Source: Macrostomum lignano
Taxonomy: Eukaryota
Length of the DNA: 64,000 nucleotides
Direction of reading: 5' to 3'
NCBI GenBank assembly: GCA_002269645.1
Contig: NIVC01000862.1
Coordinates: 310,001 to 374,000, forward strand
The translations under genes were made by a program, and so were the position numbers. Under the pieces are notes generated by a model. The model had not been told where the DNA came from. It made no database searches and worked only from the letters and a program-made list of their open reading frames with translations. Below, piece by piece: positions 23,934 through 33,815 of this stretch (within the stretch, counting starts at the first letter, position 1; each line of letters opens with the position of its first letter).

Positions 23934-24697
23934 GACTCACGCAGCTCAAAAGTCAAGACTGTGGGCCCAAAGAGTAATCGAATGGATTCGATGCAGTTGA
24001 TCGGTCGTAGCCGTATTTGCATGTGTGTTAAGCGGTGGTTTGCTGCTATTTGGAAGAACAGCTTATTCTTATAGATGAGTTCCGACCGGTGACCCTGCAA
24101 AAGACCACCAATATTCAAAGTCTGCAGTGCTGGAGTAAACTGATTTCCAATACAGCGCGGGCTAATCTGATCGCACTCAACAAGCAGCAAATCTGTATTC
24201 CAGGCCGGGTTCATGCCAGGTCGTTCAAAGCAACCTGCCTGCTCGCTATAGGTTGTCTGCTCAGCACCAAAAATTTTCCCCAGCTGGCTGTTTTCTGGAA
24301 AGATAAATCTCCCACAGATCCCAGCCATTTGATAGTATACATAATGGCTAACTGAATCAAGGGTAAATTTAATTAGATGCACATTTATAGGTGTTTCGCC
24401 AATTCCAGACTCATCAAAATCTTTTACAATCAGTAAAGCATTTACTGCATCAATCAGCTCATTCAAGTCATTGTAGCGCCCAGCTGGAATTTCAGCACAT
24501 TGCATTGAACCCTCAAGCTGATAAAATAGCGACAACGGATGAGGGATGGTGTAGATGCAGTTGATAAAACTGATTCCAAGCAGACCCAACTCATAATCCA
24601 AAGCAAAATCCAGCAGCACAGGATGCAGCAGCTCAGCAGTAAAGTTGGCCGGGTCATCATCGGGGCCGGACATTACCTGAAATCTTTGCCTTTTCAT
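23915..24697 (-). CDS. Minor capsid (penton-like) protein
   Basis: NFTAELLHPVLL..YELGL..EIPAGRY..LNELIDAVN..LLVECDQI..GPTVLTFELR; lies between the integrase and MCP. Confidence 0.8.
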   Translation of the reverse strand: MKRQRFQVMSGPDDDPANFTAELLHPVLLDFALDYELGLLGISFINCIYTIPHPLSLFYQLEGSMQCAEIPAGRYNDLNELIDAVNALLIVKDFDESGIGETPINVHLIKFTLDSVSHYVYYQMAGICGRFIFPENSQLGKIFGAEQTTYSEQAGCFERPGMNPAWNTDLLLVECDQISPRCIGNQFTPALQTLNIGGLLQGHRSELIYKNKLFFQIAANHRLTHMQIRLRPINCIESIRLLFGPTVLTFELRESWTFDK

Positions 24698-25670
24698 ATT
24701 TTTCTTAAGTCTTTTTCGTCAATCCAACTGGGTTTTTCTGAATCGCGCCACTGAACCAAATACCGAATCTTTCCACTCTTCAGCTTCTTAATGTTGAGAA
24801 CCTTGTCGATGATCCACAGCTTCTTGTTTCCAGTCACTTGCTGCATTTCCGGCTCGTAAAACTTGCCTTCCAACTCTTCTCCTCGGGCATCGATCAGAGT
24901 GTACATGTATGGATAATGCTTGGGGTGGAGGGACTTGACTTCAAATACTTCCTCACTCCATCCCCTTGTGTATCCCTTGGTGAATGGGTTGGTCGGATTG
25001 CGAAGAGAGATTCGCACCATCATTCCTGCCTTGAACTTTGGTCTGGAGACCTTTTCACGAGTCTCAGGAAGCTTCCCATCGTAGAGCCGGTGCCAAATTT
25101 CCATCTCGTTTGACTTGTCGACATCAACTGGTCGGCTTTGAATACTCCGATGAATACTATGGTTGAAGGCCTTCACTAGGGCTGAAGCACATCGGTCCAG
25201 GTTAATGTTGACTTGTGACGGAAGTACCGCCACATTCGGGATTTCAGTGTGCGGTTCCATCTCTCAATGACTGCGCATTTCTGGTCACTACTTGATGTGA
25301 ATGCATGAATTTTGTGGTTTACGCAGAGGGCTCGGAACTGGGTGTTGCAAAACTCTTTTCCGCGGTCGGTCCGAACTGCTCGTGGGCATCCAGGGTGAGC
25401 TCGATTTAGGATCGCTTCGAATCCGGCTGCAACCTCCTCGGCTGTCTTGCGGCGCACCGGCTGAGCCCAGGCAAACTTGCTGAGCACATCGATGCAGCAT
25501 AAAATGTATCGCATGCCGCCATTGTACTTGGCGAACGGCAGCATTTCAACCAGGTCCAGTTCCCACTGGTCATCCATGCCCCGCACCACAATCGGTGCTC
25601 GACGAAAGTTTTTGCGTTTATCTCTATGCAGTGTGTAGACATCTTGGTCTTGTAGCCACGTTTTTACCTT
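24694..25670 (-). CDS. Retroviral-type (rve) integrase with C-terminal chromodomain-like region; N-terminus truncated; 1-nt frameshift near 25180
   Basis: KVKTWLQDQDVYTLH, DQWELDL, RYILCCIDVLSKFAWA, RTDRGKEF, AVIERWNRTLK, YNHSIHRSI and IDKVL..RYLVQW..SW. An in-frame TAG lies just upstream of KVKTW. Confidence 0.92.
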
Positions 25671-25724
25671 TAGTGTGAAAACTGGAAATTGCTAGCAACT
25701 AAAAACCTAAGCTGGAATTTTCTA

Positions 25725-26766
25725 GAAAATCATTGGTTTAGGAGTATATCGTATATACATACCTGCCCTACACTAAACTTGGGCCCGTGCTGTTTGTGCA
25801 ACTCTCGATTTAATGCCTGATAGCCGCCATAGCTGCCCGGCCTACTGCAGTCAAAATAAATACCTGGCAGAATTTTGGAAATTGCCTTTTTCTTTTTCAT
25901 TTTACCAAATTTCTAGTACCTATCATTTTCTTATGCCAAACACCTGGCTTGAAAAAAAACTACCCACCCCGACCCATTTCTGCGGATTTAGCGTTTCTAG
26001 CCTCTGTTGTGCACGAAAAATCATGCATTTTTGCATAAAATACATACATTTCAATGGGAATTTTTACCCGAATGTGTGCACGAAAAACCTCGACACTTTG
26101 CATACTTTTTAACACTGTGCACGAAAACTTGCATACTTGTGCACAAAATAAATGTTGTTCAATAGGGATTTTTACTCGAACCTGTGCATGAAAATTGACG
26201 CATGTTGTCAAAAAAGTCACGTCATATTGCGCACTTTTAATCACTGTGCACGAAAACTTACATACTCGTGTACAAAATACAAACATTTCAATGAGAATTT
26301 TAACCCAGAGATGTGCACAAAAATGACTCATTATGGTAAAAATATTAATGTGAAAGAACAATTTTCTCTCCTGCAGTGTATCAAATATCATTAAGTAAAG
26401 GATGGATTTATTATTATTCAAAATATAGTATATTCGCATTAAATTCACATGCACATAGTTAAAAATTAAAGATATGTGAAAAGAATGTTATTGTGAGAAA
26501 AAGAGCTTGCTAGTGTCCAGATCGCACTGGCCGACACTGGCTTGTCATCTTGAGAACGTGCACCAGAACTAAATCCCGGTTGAAAATCTTCTGGTCGCGG
26601 AATGCTGACTTGGCCACAGGCTTTGAATTGACCAGTCGGTAGCTCACTTGCTTGCGAACATTCTCTAGGGTCTACAGGGAGTTGTTTAGCGGCCCGTTGT
26701 CTTTCTTGAACTCATTCTTGGCCTTTTGCACGACGCTCCATGCGGTAGATAATAAACAGCGGTCGA
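25725..26766. other. Unique AT-rich spacer at the centre of the palindrome; probably foreign transposon-derived DNA
   Basis: About three degenerate repeats of roughly 135 bp rich in tgtgcacgaaaa (25995-26330), plus a stop-containing coding-like fragment on the minus strand (26520-26760). No pPolB motifs. Confidence 0.55.
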
Positions 26767-26820
26767 TAGAAAATTCCAGCTTAGGTTTTTAGTTGCTAGC
26801 AATTTCCAGTTTTCACACTA

Positions 26821-27448
26821 AAGGTAAAAACGTGGCTACAAGACCAAGATGTCTACACACTGCATAGAGATAAACGCAAAAACTTTCGTCGAGCACCGAT
26901 TGTGGTGCGGGGCATGGATGACCAGTGGGAACTGGACCTGGTTGAAATGCTGCCGTTCGCCAAGTACAATGGCGGCATGCGATACATTTTATGCTGCATC
27001 GATGTGCTCAGCAAGTTTGCCTGGGCTCAGCCGGTGCGCCGCAAGACAGCCGAGGAGGTTGCAGCCGGATTCGAAGCGATCCTAAATCGAGCTCACCCTG
27101 GATGCCCACGAGCAGTTCGGACCGACCGCGGAAAAGAGTTTTGCAACACCCAGTTCCGAGCCCTCTGCGTAAACCACAAAATTCATGCATTCACATCAAG
27201 TAGTGACCAGAAATGCGCAGTCATTGAGAGATGGAACCGCACACTGAAATCCCGAATGTGGCGGTACTTCCGTCACAAGTCAACATTAACCTGGACCGAT
27301 GTGCTTCAGCCCCTAGTGAAGGCCTACAACCATAGTATTCATCGGAGTATTCAAAGCCGACCAGTTGATGTCGACAAGTCAAACGAGATGGAAATTTGGC
27401 ACCGGCTTTACGATGGGAAGCTTCCTGAGACTCGTGAAAAGGTCTCCA
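26821..27448 (+). pseudogene. Second, inverted, 3'-truncated integrase copy
   Basis: 26767-27448 is the reverse complement of 25044-25724. It reads through the left-copy frameshift (DVLQPLVKAYNH) and breaks after EKVS. Confidence 0.92.
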
Positions 27449-27452
27449 CCGG

Positions 27453-27995
27453 GTGGGTCTGCCACAACTAGCGAATTTCCTGACTCTTCATCTGCCTCAG
27501 TATCACACAATCCGCCATCGCCTGGTTCATCCTCGAACACTGGCTGTGGTGATGAAGAGCGGGCAGCATCGAGTAACCGCGCTGGTGTATCCGACCGGGC
27601 AAGTGTCTGTCTGTGGAGCCAAAAGCATGGAGGAAGCTCTCGCAGAGACAGAGAAGATTGTGAAGCTGTGTACAGACTTCTTGCGATTGACCAGTCTGCC
27701 CCAGATTCGCATCAAGACTATTACCTCTGTGACGACCTTTCCCGCGGGTCGGCATCCACTCCGGTTGGGGGAAGTCAAGTCTAAATGGCCGCATCGGGCC
27801 ACCTACGAGCCGGAAATGTTTAACGGACTTGTGCTCGAGTTTACTGCTTCTGTAAAGTTGATTTTGTTTCATTCATATCGCTGTATAATAGCTGGTGCTC
27901 GCAGCGTGGTTGAGGCTCAGACTGCAGCTGATGCCCTCTCCCGCATTTTGCATGCAGACCAAGCATCCGAACCTACTTTGCTGGACTCTGACTGA
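27453..27995 (+). CDS. TBP-like gene, second copy (frame intact, first 18 or so codons missing)
   Basis: Continuous 180-aa frame from GLPQLANF to EPTLLDSD containing both TBP repeats except the first strand. Confidence 0.85.
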   Translation: MGLPQLANFLTLHLPQYHTIRHRLVHPRTLAVVMKSGQHRVTALVYPTGQVSVCGAKSMEEALAETEKIVKLCTDFLRLTSLPQIRIKTITSVTTFPAGRHPLRLGEVKSKWPHRATYEPEMFNGLVLEFTASVKLILFHSYRCIIAGARSVVEAQTAADALSRILHADQASEPTLLDSD

Positions 27996-28427
27996 GCTCC
28001 TCTACGGCATAACAGTAGTAGTGAGATCTGCCTATGCACAGAGTAATAATAATAATAATAATAATAATATTTTTCCTATAACTTTACTTCTGTATTTTTT
28101 GTGTACAAAAGATAAGAAAAAATAAACGCGAATGCAACAATGTTTGTGCAACAATGCTTACAAAAATGAAACGTTTTTTTTGTTTATTTTATTGGCAGGT
28201 CCATGGATTGCAAAGCATAAAATTACATGTTAAAAGCTCCTATTAGCACAAAAAAAGTTTATGAAGAATGGAAGGGCAGTATTAAGGCCCGTCACGTGTA
28301 TTTACAAAACAGGTATTATCGCAAGAAATTAAAGCATCATGGGGCAATATTATAGCCAGTATTGACAAAGCAGTATATACAACAGTGCATGATCAGTACT
28401 ATGGTTCAAAACTATATTAAAAAAAAG

Positions 28428-29123
28428 TTACTTGACGAAATGACCAGTTGTCGCTTCACGCATTGCGCGTCGCTTCATTGGTGGCTGGTGGCATGAAGGC
28501 TGTTGGTTCTTCTCAGCTGTTGATGGCTCTTCCAGAGTTTCGGATGCAAATCTCTTTCTAAATTCAGCCTGAACTGCCTGGAAAGCCTCCCAGTGGTCGT
28601 CCCACTCTGCCGGCTGCCTGTCAGGTACTTGTATAAGTTGGTCGAGTGTAAGCCTTGCTGCCCATGCTGCACACTCTTCAGGCTCCGTAGGGTGGTATCC
28701 CATCCACCATGGATCGCCGATCGGTGGCTTGACTGGAGGTTCTCGCTTGTCAATTTTGTCTAGGACCCAATGCTTTTGAGCCCAGACTTCGCGCCAAAGT
28801 TTTGTAGGAAGCGGTAAGGCGTGCCTTAGGTGCACCGGCGGTCCGAGTACAGTTGGAAGGCGCCAGAGTGTGATTACGCCATTTTGCACAACCACTTGCC
28901 TGTTGCCACCCAGAAGGCATTGCGCATCGATACACTTTCTTGCAAACTCTTCCAGTCGTTCCTTCAGGCTGCCCAAGTGGCAAAACTGGTGGACGGTGAG
29001 CTCCATGCCAGGCAGACCTGGTCGATACTCTTCATCAAATTTGTACCACTTTCTGATGCTGATGCACTTCGAGTGCGACCTGACGCCGATTCGAAATCTG
29101 TTCGATAATGTCTTGAAGTTCAT
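28428..29123 (-). CDS. PC4-like gene, second copy
   Basis: Identical to the left copy except for the extreme C-terminus (ATTGHFVK* versus AKLVISSSNFFLI*), caused by a 1-nt indel. Confidence 0.75.
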   Translation of the reverse strand: MNFKTLSNRFRIGVRSHSKCISIRKWYKFDEEYRPGLPGMELTVHQFCHLGSLKERLEEFARKCIDAQCLLGGNRQVVVQNGVITLWRLPTVLGPPVHLRHALPLPTKLWREVWAQKHWVLDKIDKREPPVKPPIGDPWWMGYHPTEPEECAAWAARLTLDQLIQVPDRQPAEWDDHWEAFQAVQAEFRKRFASETLEEPSTAEKNQQPSCHQPPMKRRAMREATTGHFVK

Positions 29124-30360
29124 TTTGTTCACTGTGAGCTTTCCTTCCGGCTGTGTGCGAGATTATATACGACGAGAGTTGGTAAGTAACACCAGATCCC
29201 GCTCCATAGCAATAACCAATCCGAACCCCGAATCCAACCCCACACAACAGCCCTCTCGCAGGAACTCTCGGCAAATCAGGAGCCCTTCCGGGGACCACTC
29301 AGCCATTTAGAAACCAGCTCCTGTTCCATAGCAATAACTAATCCGAACCCCAAATCCAACCCCCACACAGCAGCCCTTTCGCAGGAACTCGGGCCTTAAC
29401 AAAGTCTCAGCCATCAACGTAACAGGAGGTGGCGGGACCTTCTTGCAGCCCTCTGGCCGCCAAGAAGTAGCGTTCTAGGTCTAACGACCTCACGCTGTAC
29501 CCGCCACAGCAAGATACAGTACAACCAAAGCATGGAATGAGGGTTTTGCCTTGGCTAGCTTTAAAGGCGGTAAGTGAGACAGGTAATAAGACTTGGGTTT
29601 AGGAATTAGGAGGGGGAATTGGTTTTGGTTAGGGTACAGGATAGAAAGACCTTGCTACATGGAATGGGGCAAGGCGTAGGATAGGAGGGGGCCTTGGTAT
29701 GGGATGCATGGGGTGCAGGACAGGAGGGGGTCTTGGTATGGGATGCACGGGGTGCAGGACAGGAGGGGTGTAGGACAGGAGGGGGTCTTGGTATGGGATG
29801 CATGGGGTGCAGGACAGGAGGGGGTCTTGGTATGGGATGCACGGGGTGCAGGACAGGAGGGGGTCTTGGTATGGGATGCACGGGGTGCAGGACAGGAGGG
29901 GTGTAGGACAGGAGGGGGCCTGGTTTGGGGTCGGGGGTGGGTGCGTGGGTTTGGGGTCGGGATTGGGTGCGTGGAGGGTGGTGGGTTTGGGGTCGGGGTG
30001 GGTTTGGGGGTCGGGGTGGGTTTGGCGTCGGGGTGGGCGTCTTCGGGGCGCCCTCTCCCCTCATTGGCCGGGTGCCCCGGCCAATCCCGTGCGATGGCGG
30101 TAGAGGGTACCACTTTCCTACTACTAGTATCTTACCATTAGCGTTTGATTCATTTGATGTCTGTCTGCAGATTCTCTTCTATTAACTTTCGTAAGAAATC
30201 TCAGAACTTTTTTTTTTTTCCATTGTTTTTCTCCCTGTATAAGTCTAGTTTATTTCCGAATATCAAACTTTGTACTTTTCCTGGTCTTCAAATGGTTTAC
30301 TTACCTTATTATTTGAACTCTGCTCCATTTTGTGCTTTTACTTATTGTAGATAACATCTC

Positions 30361-32650
30361 ATGATGGACCTGACATCATCATCGTGGCTGCAGAACAAAA
30401 GTGAGTAATTGATTATGGTTATTTATGCCTTTCTACTCAGCATACCATTCAGCCCCTAATTCGATTTAATTGGTGAATTGGTCTAAAATTTGCCCTGACA
30501 CACAGTAAGAAGCGATTCCCCCCCATAAAACTGGTTTATACGATCTCCGATAGTCCACCTCTAGAATCTCCCATAATCCACATCTAGAAACTCTCATAAT
30601 CCGTCTCTAGAATCTCCCATAATCCGCCTCTAGAATCTCTCATAATCCACCTCTAGAATCTCCCATAATCCACCTGTAGAATCTCCTATAATCCGCCTCT
30701 AGAATCTCCATAATCCACCTCTAGAATCTCCCATAATCCACCTCTAGAATCTCCCATAATCCACCTCTAGAATCTCCCATAATGCACCCGTAGAATCTCC
30801 CATAACCAAGCCACATTCGTTGACATAGCCATTTCCATGCTAATCGCGGTTGTAATTGTTCAATCTGTCAATCAAGGCGATACAGATCTGCCGTTTCCCG
30901 TCATGTCTTCTGATCCGAAGGCTCAACAAGAACTGCTTGATTGCAACTACGCAAAACGATTTAGCCTTGACGAGGCCAGATCTGGTCGAAGTAAGTTGCT
31001 AAACACTTTGATACACCAAGGGATAGGGGCACCCACCAAAGAGACAGTGGCGCCCACCAAGAGACAGGAGCGCCAACCAAGAGACAGTGGCGCCCACCAA
31101 GAGGCAGGGGCGCCAACCAAGAGACAGGGGCGCCAACAAAGAGACAGTAGCGCCAACAAAGAGACAGGAGCGCCAACAAAGAGACAGGAGCGCCAACAAA
31201 GGGACAGGAGCGCCAACAAAGAGACAGGAGCGCCAACAAAGAGACAGGAGCGCCAACAAAGAGACAGGAGCGCCAACAAAGAGACAGGGGGGCCAACAAA
31301 GAGACAGGGGGGCGTATAGATGTGTATCTTAAAAAATTTTGATAAACTGATAACTTTTCAAAGACATTGTTTACAATTTTTTAGCCGACAGAAAAATCCG
31401 TGTTTACTGCGACGGCTGTTTCGATTTGTTTCACTTCGGTCACATGAGAGTGCTGCTGCAAGCCAAGTACCTGCTGCCCAATGCCTATCTTATTGCCGGA
31501 GGTCAGTACAAAATCTGTGCTCAAACCTTAGAAAATTTTAACATTTTTTCAACATCTCTATAAAAGTGTCCTAACTACTCTACTACAAGTAGAAATATAA
31601 AAGTATCTGTAAATATTCGTTTTACGGCTCCGTTCTATGTAAATTTGTTTTCAGTAGCAACCGACAGCCAGGTGCGGCAGTGCAAGGGTGTCAGCCCAAT
31701 TATGACAAGGCAAGAACGGCTGGCCTCCGTGGCCATGCTGTCCTTCGTCGATGAGCTGCTTGACGACCCGCCCATGCTGCCAACTCCAGAGTTTTGCAAC
31801 GGGTATAAGGTGAGACAGGCTGACAGATTACTAGCTAAGAGGTGTATTGAAATGACCTCTAATTCAGTGACAATATCTAACCCTATTTCCTGTTCATAAT
31901 CGACACTAGGCACCCTGATGATAATGCAATTCTTATCCACTAAATAGGAAAATAGCCTAGCTAATTCCCCTGAAGAGAATGCCCTAATCCCCTAAAGATA
32001 ATCCCCTAATCCCTGAAAAGAATCCCCTAATCATCTGAAGAGAATCCCCCTAATTCCCGAGGAGAATCCCCTTAATCCCCCAAAAATTTCTCTTATACCC
32101 GAAGATAATCCCCTAATCCCCGAAAAGAATTCCCCTAATAATCTGAAAATAATCCCCTCTAATCCCCCTAATCCCCGAAGAGAATTCCCCTCATCTCCTG
32201 AAGAGAATTCCCCTAATACCCTGAAGATAATTTCTCTAACCACTTTAAGAGAATTAGCCTCCTAATCCTGCGAAGAGAATCCCCCTAATCCCCTGAGGTG
32301 AATTTCTCTAATCCCTGAAAAGAATTCTCCTAATCCGACTAATAGAATTCCCCTAGTCCTCTGAAGAGAATTCCCCTAATTCTCCAGAGCGAGAATATCA
32401 CGCAGCCGCCTTCAAGGGTCTAGATCATAGATAAATGCGCTCGTACATTTTTCAGATCGACTTCGTGGCTCACGACGCCATCCCGTACATCTCATGCCTG
32501 CCACCTGAAGAGACCTACGAGTGGGCCAAACGGGCCGGAATGTTCCTGGAAACGAAACGAACCGACAGCATTTCGACAACGAACCTGATTGATCGAATAG
32601 TTCGTCGGCGCGACGAAATCGCTAATTGTCGTCCTCAAAAGCACCAGTAG
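30361..32650 (+). CDS. PCYT1: Choline-phosphate cytidylyltransferase (CCT)-like; exons 30361-30400, 30886-30990, 31385-31501, 31655-31809, 32456-32650
   Basis: Spliced product contains [16 protein letters not shown] (HxGH), IDFVAHD and [17 protein letters not shown]. All four introns are GT-AG with compatible phases (1,1,1,0). Confidence 0.9.
30555..30805. repeat. 23-bp minisatellite (ctagaatctcccataatccacct) in PCYT1 intron 1
   Basis: About 11 tandem copies. Confidence 0.9.
31025..31315. repeat. 20-bp minisatellite (gcgccaacaaagagacagga) in PCYT1 intron 2
   Basis: Reverse-complement relative of the 16448-16995 array. Confidence 0.9.
31965..32390. repeat. Degenerate gaagagaattcccctaat repeats in PCYT1 intron 4
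   Basis: Directly visible. Confidence 0.8.
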
Positions 32651-33815
32651 AGTTGCTCAAGCTGATAAAAAAATTGAAATAACTTTTTTGGTATCCAGAA
32701 TTTGTTCTTTATGTTTCTGTCATAAATATATCGATTGTTTAAATCTTGAATTGTATACATATTAGATATGTACACTATGTGCTGGCCATTTCTTTGATTG
32801 CGATTTTTTCTGGCTATGTGAAAGGTATAATTTAAATAAAAAATCTGTTCTTTTAATTAATTTAATTTGTCTACTTTTCGTGTAATCAAACCTGGATCTC
32901 TCACGCATGTGTACTGTATATGTGTATCAACATATTATGCACGAGCGTACGGTATTTGTAGATGGCGAGTGAACTTGAATCCTTTAATCTTCTTTCTAAC
33001 TAAAAGACTTAAGAGTGGTAAAAAAATTCCGTACCTGCGCAACACTTCTATATGTACTCGTACATGTAACTGTCTTTATTTTCCTAAATAATCAAACCAA
33101 TTTTGAAACTACGGAAAGGGGCTTAGCGCTTTATCAAAATAGACCACGAACGTGACATAACATATAGTTGCACTGTACATAACACTCAAGACCGTGCTTC
33201 ATATGCATATTTGTAATGCAACAGAAGCGCGAAAGTACAAGTACATAAAATCAAAGTGCTAGAAATTATTATTTATGGTTATAGCGCAATTGCAAAATCA
33301 AGCAGAAAACAACGTGGGTTCTTTCATGATAGACTTTTAATTGAAAGACTTTTATTAATAAATCACAGGCTAAAAATTATTCCATTAATTTTTTAAATGA
33401 CCTAAAAAATTTTCAACTCTTTCAATTAACTGTTTCGATGCGTTTTCATTGAGCTCACTTGAAGCGGTATTTTTCATACTAACCTACAGTATATGTTGTC
33501 TTGCTTGTTATGAACGATAAAATATTAAAGGCTAAAAATCAATAAAGGATAGGTTTTAAAAAACTTCCGTCATTTATTTACTAAAACAAAGCGAATAATA
33601 TTTATTTATCTTTTTTTATACTAATAGGCTGTTGCCTCTTTGAAAGAACATGACAGCAAAAGAATAAAGCAATTTAATAAAAACTGCTGGTGAGTTTCTT
33701 TATAAACCTTGTATCCACGACTAACTATGGAATTTTTAAACTAATTTTCACCCACAGATTTTTGCCGTTACTGGACATTGTTAATCTTGTCAGCAATACC
33801 GACTAGGCAATCATA

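Larger units (their letters stand above)
17172..30125. mobile_element. Maverick/Polinton virus-like transposon; rearranged, polymerase-less and near-palindromic
   Basis: Left end AGTAGTAGGAAAGTGG at 17172 and its reverse complement ending at 30125. AGTATC is duplicated at 17166-17171 and 30126-30131 (6-bp TSD). Integrase, capsid, protease and ATPase genes lie inside. Confidence 0.96.
27449..30125 (-). repeat. Right inverted arm of the Maverick
   Basis: Reverse complement of 17172-19846, joined directly to the truncated integrase at 27448/27449. Confidence 0.95.

Noticed and set aside
26520-26760. Possible pPolB remnant in the central spacer
   Set aside because: No DxxSLYP, KxxxNSxYG or YxDTDS motif, and the fragment contains a stop. 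Left unassigned.
26902-27995. Integrase-TBP fusion at the right-arm junction
   Set aside because: The frames differ; the integrase frame stops at 27471.
17172-30125. The whole palindrome as a fold-back read artefact
   Set aside because: Distinct host flanks with a matching 6-bp TSD, an internal 5.2-kb deletion and substitutions between the arms argue for a real structure. Read-level confirmation is still needed.
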